DNA of 64,000 nt from Nitrosarchaeum sp. (GTDB taxonomy: Archaea > Thermoproteota > Nitrososphaeria > Nitrososphaerales > Nitrosopumilaceae): assembly GCA_965223865.1 (NCBI GenBank), contig OZ245020.1:320001-384000 (forward strand), read 5' to 3'. Below the pieces are notes generated by a model. That model was not told the origin of the DNA and did no database searches. It worked only from the letters and a program-made list of their open reading frames with translations. A program made the translations under genes and the position numbers. This document shows, piece by piece, positions 20,452 to 30,426 of this stretch. Positions within the stretch are counted from its first letter, which is position 1; each line of letters begins with the position of its first letter.

Positions 20452-21459
20452 TTATGAGCTAGATTTTATGGCTTGCTTAAGTTGATCTATTAAACTGCTA
20501 AGAAGTTCTTTTGCATTATCAACTTCACCGTCTGATAATTGAAGTTTGATTTTTTGCAGATTTTCTTTGGCATTTTCTATAATTTCTGGATCTACTTTAT
20601 CCGAATTATCTAATTTGGATATGGTTCTTTCAACTATTATGATTTTTGATTCCAATGCATTATTTTGGTTTAGTTTGTGCTCATTCTTTAAAGAAATAAT
20701 TTCTCGTACTTGTTGGATTATTTGCGTAGAAGTTGAGGCAGAAGAAAGTTTTTCTCTTGCATCCTCTAGTTTTTTGATTACATCATCAGGTACTCCTTGA
20801 TTTTTTACACTTTGAATTAGTCTATCTAGTTGTTCAAGGTATTGCTGAGCATATCTCTTTGCATGTTCAGATTTTTGTTGTGAGGATTGATCACCAAGTT
20901 GTTTCTTAATATCATTAACTGCTAGTTTGATTGCACTGATTGTCTCCTGAGCATCACCAAATTGTTTGGAGATAATCTGTTCTCTTGCTTTAGTAAATAG
21001 ATTATTTATCTCAGTAGAGTCAAATGACATGTTATTTTTTTCAGCTATTGTTTTCAGAGTAGAATAATACCTATGGAGTTTTAGTAAATCGCTTGTAGGA
21101 TTATTTGTTGCTGCTTTTGTTGAAGCAATTTCAGCTTTAGGAGTGTCATTCTGAGTTAACAATTGCGATATCTGTTTGAAGATTTTCATAGCAGAAAAGA
21201 AATTTTTCTTTGAAGACTCACTATCGTTTTTACTAAGCGCTGTACTTAGAGCATCTACATGATTAGAGCCTTCTTGGAATAATTTCTTTATTTGATTTGA
21301 AGAGTCATCTGAAATATGGTTTTTAATTTGATCTTGTGCTTTTTTAGCAATTTTAAGTAAAATTCCAGATTCATCTTCAGCTGCTGCAGGAGCTGTCATT
21401 CCTCCTAACATCATAATTGCAACTAAAACTGACAAACCAAATAATGCTATTTTTTTCAT
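20452..21459 (-). CDS. Secreted all-helical hypothetical protein
   Basis: Signal peptide ending APAAA followed by repeated amphipathic helices; overlaps the upstream gene stop. Confidence 0.75.
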   Translation of the reverse strand: MKKIALFGLSVLVAIMMLGGMTAPAAAEDESGILLKIAKKAQDQIKNHISDDSSNQIKKLFQEGSNHVDALSTALSKNDSESSKKNFFSAMKIFKQISQLLTQNDTPKAEIASTKAATNNPTSDLLKLHRYYSTLKTIAEKNNMSFDSTEINNLFTKAREQIISKQFGDAQETISAIKLAVNDIKKQLGDQSSQQKSEHAKRYAQQYLEQLDRLIQSVKNQGVPDDVIKKLEDAREKLSSASTSTQIIQQVREIISLKNEHKLNQNNALESKIIIVERTISKLDNSDKVDPEIIENAKENLQKIKLQLSDGEVDNAKELLSSLIDQLKQAIKSSS

Positions 21460-22457
21460 TCCTCTTCCTCCAATTCTTTTTTTATCTTAACCATGTTTTG
21501 TAGATCTTTTTTAGTGATTTCAACTACTCCTAATCTTTCTAATCTCTTTACAGCTCTCCACATAGTTGTTCTAGGTTGAAGAAACTTTTTTCTGAGTTCA
21601 CTCTCAAGTACTTGACCACCATTTTGTGAGATGAATTTTACAATTTCTTTATCATCTTCTCTCATATCCGGTCTAAGATTGAAAATTGACTCTACATCTA
21701 CAGTTTCGGTTTTTTGTTTTTCAATAATTGATTCATCTTTTGTTACTGTGGATATTGACTTTGACTGTTTTTTCTTAAGAATTAATGAGATGCCAGCTAC
21801 TGCAGCAATGATTGGACCTGCAATCATTGCTGCAGTGGAGTAATCAAGAGAGGATTCGGGTGGATTGGTTGGTGGATTGGTTGGTGGATTGGTTGGTGGA
21901 TTGGTTGGTGGATTGGTTGGTGGATTGGTTGGTGGATTGGTTGGTGGAATTGTTACAGAGCTAAAAATGTAATTTATCTCTGAAGAACCACTAGCGAAAT
22001 CTAATCTTGTTTGTTCATCCACTAATTCCATGTTTGTAGGTAATGCACTCATACCGACAATTACGGAATTTTCAGGCATAAATAAAGAATAGTCAGAAGG
22101 AGAATCAAATGAAAAGGTCCAAACCCGTCCTTCTTTAGAAACTAAATCATGAATATCATAATCAATAGTAATACTAGATGAGCCAAAAGTGTCAATAATT
22201 ACATTATTTTCTATTATTTCACTAGATAAAAGAAAGCCATTTTCTCCTATCGCCACAAAATTATCAATTGATGGACCAAAGAGATTAACTTCAAAATCAG
22301 GGTCTAATGGATCAACCTCTATCTCAGAGAATACATGTGTCGAACCATCAGAATAAACGATAAGTTCAAGAGTACGAGTAGAGCCGAATGAGGTTTGAGT
22401 GGGCATCGCAATAGCCACAACAAGTAAGCCTACAATAATCAAAGGGGCTTTAGTCAT
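21456..22457 (-). CDS. Membrane-anchored winged-HTH transcription regulator (extracellular domain, PPTN linker, TM helix, cytoplasmic wHTH)
   Basis: Signal-like N-terminus, (PPTN)7 linker, TM helix, then EIVKFISQNGGQVLESELRKKFLQPRTTMWRAVKRLERLGVVEITK; start uncertain (22457 or upstream). Confidence 0.8.
   Translation of the reverse strand: MTKAPLIIVGLLVVAIAMPTQTSFGSTRTLELIVYSDGSTHVFSEIEVDPLDPDFEVNLFGPSIDNFVAIGENGFLLSSEIIENNVIIDTFGSSSITIDYDIHDLVSKEGRVWTFSFDSPSDYSLFMPENSVIVGMSALPTNMELVDEQTRLDFASGSSEINYIFSSVTIPPTNPPTNPPTNPPTNPPTNPPTNPPTNPPESSLDYSTAAMIAGPIIAAVAGISLILKKKQSKSISTVTKDESIIEKQKTETVDVESIFNLRPDMREDDKEIVKFISQNGGQVLESELRKKFLQPRTTMWRAVKRLERLGVVEITKKDLQNMVKIKKELEEEE
21859..21948. repeat. 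Perfect 12-bp tandem repeat (GGTGGATTGGTT) x7.5 encoding PPTN
   Basis: Read directly; no synonymous variation between units. Confidence 0.97.
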
Positions 22458-22550
22458 TGTTTCGAGGATACTCCCATTCCTTACAAAAAGCATTCCATCT
22501 TCTCGAAGAGACTCTTCAATAGAGATCAGGGCCAGTTTAGAGTTCATTGG

Positions 22551-22838
22551 CTAATACCTGAGGTTCATGCTTTCTACGAGTCCCTGAAACCTCTTGAATT
22601 CCTGGAAAAATTGCAGTCCCTTTTCTGTAATCAAAAAGACTCTATTTCTATCATTTTTGACGGACTCGACTAAGCCTGCTTCTACCAGTTTCTCACATTT
22701 GTCTAGTACTGCATAGTGAGATAGGTTAGCTTTGCGAGAAATTGCAGATACAATGACTCCATTACGTCCGCCATCAGCGGTTACGTCTAAGATATCACCC
22801 ATTATGCCCATTTCGGACCTGTATTGTTGTTTTGACAT
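22551..22838 (-). CDS. Small winged-HTH transcription regulator
   Basis: YRSEMGIMGDIL...ISRKANLS...LVEAGLV...FLITEKG, typical archaeal wHTH pattern. Confidence 0.85.
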   Translation of the reverse strand: MSKQQYRSEMGIMGDILDVTADGGRNGVIVSAISRKANLSHYAVLDKCEKLVEAGLVESVKNDRNRVFLITEKGLQFFQEFKRFQGLVESMNLRY

Positions 22839-22887
22839 GTGTTAGTGTATAACTCGTTGATTAATGAGGAATATTTTGAAACTTTAT

Positions 22888-22908
22888 AGCGGAACGCAAA
22901 GCGGAACG
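22888..22908. promoter_or_regulatory. Direct repeat AGCGGAACG x2 (12-bp period), candidate operator upstream of the wHTH operon
   Basis: GC-rich 9-mer twice in an AT-rich spacer about 50 bp before the 22838 start. Confidence 0.45.
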
Positions 22909-23318
22909 GGTATTTCATAGTAAAAAATTATCCAAAATTATGATTTTTAAATGAAGGAAAGGAAATTCTGATATTTATGACGCCTAGAAATTTTATAAAG
23001 AAATCTCATTTTTTGGATATTCTTTCAAGTTTTAGAAATTAGCTAAAAGTGAGAAATTTTGACGATTTTTTGGTTTTTTAGTATATAAGGAACAGGGCAA
23101 CTTTTGTTGTTTCTACATGAAAATTATTGAAAATGTGTTTAATGTAAGAATTTACAAAGAAATTATTGATTTTGTTAATTCAAACCATTCAGATACATTG
23201 TCCTAGAAGCATCCTATGATGATATTAGAATGAAAATTTGGAGGGAAATAATGATCAAAAAATCAACTTTTGAGACTCATAATAACTTTTTATTCTTACT
23301 TTAGAAAAGTAATCATAA

Positions 23319-23786
23319 ATGTTTGATAAATTCAAAAAAGAGGATGGAGAAATGGTAGAAGAAATGAAAGAAGAGTCAAATGTTGAGTCAGAGCCATCTA
23401 CATCTACAGAATCATCAAGTGAGATCGGAATTGGTAATCTAATGGATAAGCGTGCCAAATTAGAAGAGGCGATAGATTATGTTGGATTAATGATTAAGAA
23501 TCTTAAGGACAAGAGAACAAATCTAGAAAAAGAGATTGAAGAAGAGTCAGTAGATATTAAAAATCTCAAAGAAAAACTTCAAAAAGTAAGTGAGTATATT
23601 GAGGAGGAAAATCAAGGAATTAAACAATTAGCAAATAAGAGAAATCAAGTCGAAAAAGAGGCTGACGAGGTAGGTTCTATAATCAATAGTCTGAGGGATA
23701 GATTATCTGGAATTGATAGAATAATTGACAATGAAGGTAATAGAGTTAAAAAAATTAAGGAATCCAGAGAATCCCTAGAAAGGTAA
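23319..23786 (+). CDS. Coiled-coil hypothetical protein
   Basis: Heptad-rich E/K/L sequence; convergent with the ESCRT-III gene. Confidence 0.75.
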   Translation: MFDKFKKEDGEMVEEMKEESNVESEPSTSTESSSEIGIGNLMDKRAKLEEAIDYVGLMIKNLKDKRTNLEKEIEEESVDIKNLKEKLQKVSEYIEEENQGIKQLANKRNQVEKEADEVGSIINSLRDRLSGIDRIIDNEGNRVKKIKESRESLER

Positions 23787-23789
23787 AAT

Positions 23790-24437
23790 TTAGTAAAATT
23801 TTGAAGAATTTGTAGTTGTTGCGTGTGCATCAGCAGGCACTGAAGGGAACATTTGGCCAGTTGAACTCTCTGCAACAGCTGCTGCTTCTTGAAGAATTTT
23901 ATCAGATTCGGAGTTTGTTGAATCATCTATTCCAAATGATCCTTCACTTGAGAAACTATCAGTCATGAATCCTCCTAGCATTTCTGCCATTTGGCTGATT
24001 TCTTGGTCAGCTCCAGGCATGAATTTTGCCAGTGATGATTTTAGATTTTTCATCAAGCCCAGTGTAGGCATGATGGTTACAACAGTATCTCCAAGATCAT
24101 GATATGTTGTTAATCTCAATTCAATTTGTTCTAAGGCAATTCTTGCATTACCTAAAATTTTTAACACTTTTCTTACTTCAGCTAATTCTTTTGATAAGAC
24201 TCTGCTTGTACTTACATCATGTGATTGAGTAGCCTCGACAATTCTCTGGAAAAGCTTCCCATCTCTCTCTTTTAATTTGGTAATCATTGAATCTAGTTTA
24301 GCAATTTGAGTTTGTAATCGCTTAATTCCACTTTGAACTTTAGGTTTTAATGGACCCTTTGGTTTAATAGCATCATTAATCTTATCACCAATTCCTGGTT
24401 GATATTGCTTTGTCCATTTATTTTGGAAGTTTGGCAA
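23790..24437 (-). CDS. cdvB: ESCRT-III / CdvB paralogue (Snf7 family)
   Basis: ELAEVRK...ALEQIELRLTT...GD and SDKILQEAAAVAE, typical of archaeal CdvB paralogues. Confidence 0.85.
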   Translation of the reverse strand: MPNFQNKWTKQYQPGIGDKINDAIKPKGPLKPKVQSGIKRLQTQIAKLDSMITKLKERDGKLFQRIVEATQSHDVSTSRVLSKELAEVRKVLKILGNARIALEQIELRLTTYHDLGDTVVTIMPTLGLMKNLKSSLAKFMPGADQEISQMAEMLGGFMTDSFSSEGSFGIDDSTNSESDKILQEAAAVAESSTGQMFPSVPADAHATTTNSSKFY

Positions 24438-24998
24438 TGGTTTTGGTCATAGAGTTTATACTTAATTTCAAGTGTGAATATTGCTTCACAGTTCATAAAA
24501 TTTGTCTAACAAGAAGATAAGGTAAATATGTAAAATAATCAAATTTTGAGAAAAAGTTTTTGTAAAATGATTGAGGAGATAAAGTTATTATTCATTAATT
24601 CTTTGCAAAAAAACATTTTTTCATTTTATAAAAAAAGGTTGTTAAAATTCATTGAAATATTTAGCCAAAATTAAAGATTCTTCAATTAACTAAAATTTGC
24701 TTTCCCGTATATTTTTGCGTTTACATCTATCTTAATCTGTATTATGTTGCTTTAATTTTGTAATATTATTTAAAAATGAGATCTAGAACCAATTTATTAA
24801 CATATGATCTTATTGGGTTTTTTCTGATGTGTTGAGGTTAATGCATCAATTCTTTTACAATTCTAAAAAAATTGATTAGAATAAACAATTATTAAAAATC
24901 AGAATTTTTAAAGGAATATTATTTCATTTGAATACTTCTATATTCATTTAATAATTTAATTTCATTGAACTTAGAAATTTATTTTTATTAGATAATTA

Positions 24999-25442
24999 TT
25001 GGATTTTTTGTTGAATAAAAAAATTGTAATTATACCCATCATAATTCTGGCTATTAGTTTAGTAATTCTTTCTTCTTCTAATGATAATGAGAAAATTGAC
25101 AAAACCATTTTTCATGTAACATTGGCAGATCCTAAAATGTATCACGAAGGGATATTTTCCGATGTTTTTTCGGTAGAAGCAGGAAAATATTTTTTTAGAT
25201 TTGTTCCAAATGGAGACAGCCCTAAATCTCTATCAATTTCATTAAAAGGAGAAAATTTTGATTTTAATGAAAATTTCAAATTAAATGGCACATCACATGA
25301 AACGGGTATTTCACAATATTATACTTGGGATTATGATGGACAAAAAGAAATTAACATTTTTGAATCTCAAGATGTTATTATTCAAATCAATCCAAATGGA
25401 AATTATTTGGGAACCGTATCAGTTGATATTATAGAAAATTAA
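24999..25442 (+). CDS. Hypothetical N-terminally anchored beta-rich protein
   Basis: Hydrophobic N-terminus; FHVTLADP and FVPNGDSP segments. Confidence 0.7.
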   Translation: MDFLLNKKIVIIPIIILAISLVILSSSNDNEKIDKTIFHVTLADPKMYHEGIFSDVFSVEAGKYFFRFVPNGDSPKSLSISLKGENFDFNENFKLNGTSHETGISQYYTWDYDGQKEINIFESQDVIIQINPNGNYLGTVSVDIIEN

Positions 25443-25575
25443 GAAAGGCGCAAACCCCTTAAACTGCAGAACTCTGAGAGATTTCCTCTCGTTGTCAGGT
25501 CGTCATTACGCCTGATTGCCTTTTTCGTTCTGCGGGGCCACGCAGTTTTAGTCGATGAGATTTGTATCCATCGGC
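25441..25575. ncRNA. Candidate ~135-nt structured RNA with alternative/pseudoknot pairings, family unknown
   Basis: GC-rich island with several complementary segments; TATA-like TTAAATA about 25-30 nt upstream on the minus strand. Confidence 0.5.
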
Positions 25576-25795
25576 ATTAATTTCTATAGGAAGTTTAACT
25601 ATTTAACATTTAGTATAAAAAATTATAAAAAAAATCTAGTTTTATAAGAAAATTTATGACTTAATTTGTAATTGTTTATCATTGACAAAAAAAATTCCGA
25701 AGATTTGAAAAATTAGATTTTGTAATTTAGTAAAAGTGAGAGTTTGGTAAAAAAAATCACTGATCTATAAATTACGACCTTGATGAAAAAAGCAG

Positions 25796-26539
25796 GTGAG
25801 TCTTTCAGGCAAGGTTGCTTTGGTAACTGGTGGGAGTAGGGGTATTGGGTTTTCTACCGCAAAGATATTTTCAGAAAATGGTGCTAGTGTTGTTATCACA
25901 TCCAAGGATTCTTCTAGACTTGAAAATTCGGTACAAAATCTATCCAATACTATAGGATTGGCAGCTGATATTAGAAATGAAAATAGTGTAAGAAAAGTAG
26001 TAGAGAAAACAGTAGAGATTTTTGGAAAAATAGATATTTTAGTAAATAATGCTGGAATATTTCCGAAAATAAAGCCATTACATGAAATTGATGAATCTGA
26101 ATGGCAAGAAATTTTAGATGTAAATCTTACAGGACAATTTAGATTTACTAAAGCTTCTATTCCCTATTTGAAAAAAACTTCAGGTTCAATAATTAATATT
26201 TCATCAGATGCAGGTTTAAAGGCATATGAGGGGTTTAATGCAGATGCATATTCTGCCTCCAAAGCAGCATTAATCATACTTACAAAATGTTGGGCATTAG
26301 AATATGCAAAAAATAAGATTCGAGTTAATTGTATTTGTCCAGGGGTAGTTGATACTGATATGACAAAACCATTTTTGAAGACCAATAAAGATAGAGAATT
26401 TATGGACAATGAACATCCAATTGGACGAATTGGTAAGCCGGAGGAAGTAGCCAAAGCAATCTTGTATTTTGCCTCAGATGATGCAGCATGGACTACAGGC
26501 GCGGTGTTAACAGTTGATGGAGGAGAATCTATCAAGTAA
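25796..26539 (+). CDS. Short-chain dehydrogenase/reductase (FabG-like)
   Basis: TGGSRGIG, NNAG, YSASK and VDGG motifs. Confidence 0.93.
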   Translation: MSLSGKVALVTGGSRGIGFSTAKIFSENGASVVITSKDSSRLENSVQNLSNTIGLAADIRNENSVRKVVEKTVEIFGKIDILVNNAGIFPKIKPLHEIDESEWQEILDVNLTGQFRFTKASIPYLKKTSGSIINISSDAGLKAYEGFNADAYSASKAALIILTKCWALEYAKNKIRVNCICPGVVDTDMTKPFLKTNKDREFMDNEHPIGRIGKPEEVAKAILYFASDDAAWTTGAVLTVDGGESIK

Positions 26540-26580
26540 ATTCACATGGATTTAATACAGCAAAATGAGTAGCTAGAATA

Positions 26581-26787
26581 ATGACTGACAAGAAGAAAAA
26601 AGCAAAACTGATAATCCTTTTGGGGGTGATTTGGGTAGTGATAACCTTGCCTTTACCATGGATAATTAATAACCCGGAAGTTTCAAGTGAGCAATTTAAC
26701 ATAATTTTGTCAATTATTGGAGTAATGTCAGTTCCATTTATTGTCCTAGGGGTAGTATGGACGTTAAAGCCGGAATTAACTACCTAG
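26581..26787 (+). CDS. Small membrane protein (2 TM)
   Basis: 68-aa hydrophobic hairpin ORF. Confidence 0.7.
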   Translation: MTDKKKKAKLIILLGVIWVVITLPLPWIINNPEVSSEQFNIILSIIGVMSVPFIVLGVVWTLKPELTT

Positions 26788-26795
26788 GATATCAG

Positions 26796-27611
26796 TTGAA
26801 CAGTATTCCAATTAAGGACAAGATTCCCGAATTAGATGTAGCTATAGAGGCTGTGATTGAAGCAGGAAAGGCAATTTTGGAGATTTATGGTGGAAATTAT
26901 GAATCCTCTACTAAGAGCGATGATTCTCCTATAACTGAAGCTGATCTAAAAAGTAATGAAGTAATTAAAAATATTCTAGCAAAAACAAATCATATTATTT
27001 TGTCTGAAGAAGATGAGGATGATCAAAGTAGATTATCAAAAGAAATAGTTTGGATAGTAGACCCACTTGATGGGACTTCAGATTTTATTGACAAGACCGG
27101 TGAATTTACTGTAATGATAGCTCTTGTAAAAAACAAAAAACCAATTGTAGGAGTTATTGGTTGGCCAACTGAAAAAACTATTTTTGCTGCACAAAAAGAT
27201 AGTGGAGCCTTTAGATATTCAAATGGTAAATGGGGAAAAATTCAAGTTACTAAAATTTTAGAACTATCAAAATGTAGAGTTGTTGGATCTAGACATCATC
27301 TATCAGATACCGAGAAAATGTTTATCGAAAAATTAGGAGTTGTTGATTTTACCAGTATTGGAAGTTCTTTAAAGGTAGGAAAGATTAGTTCAGGTGAAGC
27401 AGAGGCATACATTACTACAACAAACAAGATGAAGGAATGGGATTCAGCTGCATCATATTGTATTGTAAATGAGGCCGGAGGTAAAATGACAGATATGTCA
27501 GGAAGTGACCTTTCATACAACAACAAAATTGTAAATCATCTGAATGGAATTCTTGTAACAAATGGTTTAATCCATGAAAAAATAGTAAATGAATTTAAAA
27601 AATTATGCTAG
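26796..27611 (+). CDS. cysQ: 3'(2'),5'-bisphosphate nucleotidase
   Basis: SPITEAD, LSEE, WIVDPLDGT, SRHH, GSSLK and EWDSAA motifs; next to cysC; start uncertain (TTG 26796). Confidence 0.9.
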   Translation: MNSIPIKDKIPELDVAIEAVIEAGKAILEIYGGNYESSTKSDDSPITEADLKSNEVIKNILAKTNHIILSEEDEDDQSRLSKEIVWIVDPLDGTSDFIDKTGEFTVMIALVKNKKPIVGVIGWPTEKTIFAAQKDSGAFRYSNGKWGKIQVTKILELSKCRVVGSRHHLSDTEKMFIEKLGVVDFTSIGSSLKVGKISSGEAEAYITTTNKMKEWDSAASYCIVNEAGGKMTDMSGSDLSYNNKIVNHLNGILVTNGLIHEKIVNEFKKLC

Positions 27612-28118
27612 ATTTCTTTCTTTGAGAAATACCTTGACTTTGTTTGCACTATCTGAGAGAGATTCGTGTTCTGTATCAATTACTAAATCTGCATTGGGTG
27701 GTGCTTCATATGGATCATCAATTCCTGTAAATCCTTTAATCTCTCCTTTTCTTGCTTTGGTATACATACCTTTGACATCTCTTTCTTCGCATTTTTCTAC
27801 TGAACACTTTACATAGCATTCTGCAAACTGGTCTCCTGCATCAATGATTTTTCTTGCATTTTCTCTATTCTCAATGTATGGTGAGACTAGTGATACTGCA
27901 CTTGGAACGCCGTGTTTTAGCAACAGTTTGGCCAGGTGAGCAACTTTTTTGTTGTGTTCATCTCTTCCTGCTTTTGAAAAGTCTTTAGGAGAAAACCATT
28001 CTCTTAGCTCATCACCGTCAAGCATAGCCAAATTAGGAATATCTTTTTGCAAATCTTTTACGATTGTAGTCTTACCTGAGCAGGGAAGACCAGTCATCCA
28101 CAGAACAAAAGGTTTCAT
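27603..28118 (-). CDS. cysC: Adenylyl-sulfate kinase
   Basis: WMTGLPCSGKTT, LDGDELR, RDVKGMY and FTGIDDPYEAP motifs. Confidence 0.95.
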   Translation of the reverse strand: MKPFVLWMTGLPCSGKTTIVKDLQKDIPNLAMLDGDELREWFSPKDFSKAGRDEHNKKVAHLAKLLLKHGVPSAVSLVSPYIENRENARKIIDAGDQFAECYVKCSVEKCEERDVKGMYTKARKGEIKGFTGIDDPYEAPPNADLVIDTEHESLSDSANKVKVFLKERNLA

Positions 28119-28154
28119 AAATCAATTTTTAGATTAGGCCATAAAGAGCTTGCG

Positions 28155-28703
28155 TTAATTTTGAAACCAAGGTTGATTTTCAAGAAATTCAATTTCTTTA
28201 ATCATGTCATCTACTTTTTTTGTAATGGCAGTAATGGATCTATATTGTTCATACATTTCAATTTCTTCTTCTTTTGAAAGAACTTCAGCTTCTGATTTAT
28301 CAAAGAAAGCATTTTCTTTATTCAAGTGATCATATAGGTAAATTCCATAGGTTTTCAAAAATCTAGACACAGGTTCTCTTTCATCGTGACCTTGTCTCCA
28401 TCGCTGTAAATGTTTTGAAATTTGTCGTGCAATATTTCTACCAAATTCATGTTCTATCATAAACCCACGAATTTCTTCTTTTAGTGTATCATAACTTGCT
28501 ACACAGGGAAAATAAGAATTTTCTTCCCTTGGATGATGAATTGCATCTACAAAATCAGAGATTATTATCATTATCTTTTCAATATCTGAAAATGGTATAT
28601 TGCCACCTTTAGCAATTTCTTCAGAGCATTTCAGAACAACTTTTTCTAAGCGTCTTACTTGAACATGATCTTTTCGAAGTTGATCAGTTGCACTCATTAT
28701 CAT
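28155..28703 (-). CDS. Hemerythrin-like (HHE) domain protein
   Basis: H...HHPREE...EHEFGR...HLNKEN ligand pattern. Confidence 0.88.
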   Translation of the reverse strand: MIMSATDQLRKDHVQVRRLEKVVLKCSEEIAKGGNIPFSDIEKIMIIISDFVDAIHHPREENSYFPCVASYDTLKEEIRGFMIEHEFGRNIARQISKHLQRWRQGHDEREPVSRFLKTYGIYLYDHLNKENAFFDKSEAEVLSKEEEIEMYEQYRSITAITKKVDDMIKEIEFLENQPWFQN

Positions 28704-28822
28704 ATATTGAAAAAAGGCTGATTTAATGTGTTATGAGTTTAAAAAAGATGGTCTATAATCAATGAATCAATCTAGCTTGACTAAATTGGCTTTTATCTAT
28801 AGTAAAACAATTCTTTTCAATA

Positions 28823-30205
28823 ATGAATTCTGTTTTATTTTCCATATTGAGTTTATTCAAAGGACAGATTCAAGATATTACAATGTTTGAAAATATTGAT
28901 ACTAGGTTAATTTTAGAAAAGGTTTTTGAGATTCAGGAATCTATAGGGACTTTATCAATTCAAGATGGACCGATTGCAAGTGCGCATGTAGTTTTACTTG
29001 CTGCAGGTGTAGTAGTTTTTCTTGGAGTAGCAGGCGAGGCATTCTTTAAAAAAACTGGAATTCCTGATGTAGCATTTTTAATGATATTGGGGGTGATTAT
29101 TGGACCAGTACTTGGAATCATTCAGCCTGAAGCAGTGATTCAAGTTGTTCCTTATTTTGCTGCACTTGCACTAATTATCATTATGTTTGATGGTGGGTTA
29201 AATCTTGACATTAAGCACATAGTAAGAACCGCACATTTTGCATTTACTCTTGCAATTCTTGGATTTATTTTATCCGTTGTTTTAGTAACATTTGGCGCTC
29301 ATTATGTTTTGGGATGGCTTTGGCTAGAAAGTATTCTTTTAGGAGCTATTGTTGGTGGAAGTAGTTCAGCAATTGTTTTTGGCCTTGTTCGAAACATTAG
29401 AATTTCTGAAGAAACAAAATCCATGTTAAGCTTTGAATCAGCATTAACAGATATTTTATCCACAATTGTAGCTTTTATTTTATTTGAGGCTGTGCTTGTA
29501 GGTCAATTTGATCTACAAACATTACAAGAGACATTGGGTCGAGCTATTGTTGTTGGATTAGTTTTAGGTTTTGGAGTCGGAATACCATGGATGTATGTAT
29601 CAACAAAGCTTGCAAATGCACAGCATGGATATATGCTGACTTTAGGAATATTGTTTGTACTGTTCTTTTTGGCAAATTCATTTGGAGAATCTGGTGCACT
29701 TACAGCATTAGTATTTGGTTTGATGTTAGGAAACAAAAGCCATCTTTCAAAAATACTGCGATTTAAACTACCAAAGATTGAGATGGATGATCCAACACAT
29801 AATCAGCTTACATTTTTGGTGAGATCTTTTTTCTTTGTGTTTGTAGGATTAATGGCTAGTTTTGGTAAAATTGAATATGTGATTTTTGGAGTTTTAATTA
29901 CAATAGCCATTTATTTTGGAAGAACTATTATTGGAAAAATTACACTAACTAAGAAATTTTCTAGGTTGGATAGAAAAGTTACCTATGTTATGATTCCACG
30001 GGGATTGGCAGCAGCAGTTCTTGCAACGTATCCAATAACTATGGGTTTACCAAATTCAGATGCATATCCTCAAATTGTATTTTTCATAATTTTATCATCA
30101 GTAATAATTACGACGATTGGTTTAGGAAGAACAAAAAACATTCCTCCTCCAGAATCTGTTGAGGGTGGATTTGTCAAACCGCCAAATAACCCACAAAATC
30201 CCTAA
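28823..30205 (+). CDS. Cation:proton antiporter (CPA1/NhaP-like)
   Basis: FDGG, ESALTD and PRGLAAAVLA motifs; many TM helices; start may be downstream. Confidence 0.9.
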   Translation: MNSVLFSILSLFKGQIQDITMFENIDTRLILEKVFEIQESIGTLSIQDGPIASAHVVLLAAGVVVFLGVAGEAFFKKTGIPDVAFLMILGVIIGPVLGIIQPEAVIQVVPYFAALALIIIMFDGGLNLDIKHIVRTAHFAFTLAILGFILSVVLVTFGAHYVLGWLWLESILLGAIVGGSSSAIVFGLVRNIRISEETKSMLSFESALTDILSTIVAFILFEAVLVGQFDLQTLQETLGRAIVVGLVLGFGVGIPWMYVSTKLANAQHGYMLTLGILFVLFFLANSFGESGALTALVFGLMLGNKSHLSKILRFKLPKIEMDDPTHNQLTFLVRSFFFVFVGLMASFGKIEYVIFGVLITIAIYFGRTIIGKITLTKKFSRLDRKVTYVMIPRGLAAAVLATYPITMGLPNSDAYPQIVFFIILSSVIITTIGLGRTKNIPPPESVEGGFVKPPNNPQNP

Positions 30206-30426
30206 TGAATAATTTTAGTTCTATGATCTTCTTACATTCAAAATATAATTAAATTAATAGAAATCTTAAACAATTAAGAAAAATTATTTGAAGACAATTC
30301 TTCATGAAGAAATATTCATTGTTTGATTTAGATTTTATTTGAGGAATTTAGTAACAGATCAATTAAGAAAACTACTTACGCTTGTGTGAAAGTTATTTTT
30401 GTTTTTTTAATCAAGAGAAAAAGAGA

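Noticed and set aside
21859-21948. Tandem repeat as a CRISPR array
   Set aside because: 12-bp units with no spacers, in frame inside a CDS; no cas genes in the window.
23117-23290. Possible decayed gene in the spacer before the coiled-coil gene
   Set aside because: Only a 29-codon frame with no motif; cannot be supported.
24438-24998. Long, very AT-rich intergenic region as a replication origin
   Set aside because: No ORB-like repeats recognised and cdc6 is about 39 kb away; it may be an extended promoter or decayed DNA.
25441-25575. Glycine, c-di-GMP or cobalamin riboswitch, RNase P or 5S rRNA identity for the structured element
   Set aside because: Only short fragments resemble these (GAAAGGCGCAAA, GAGGAAA); the conserved cores and their order are missing.
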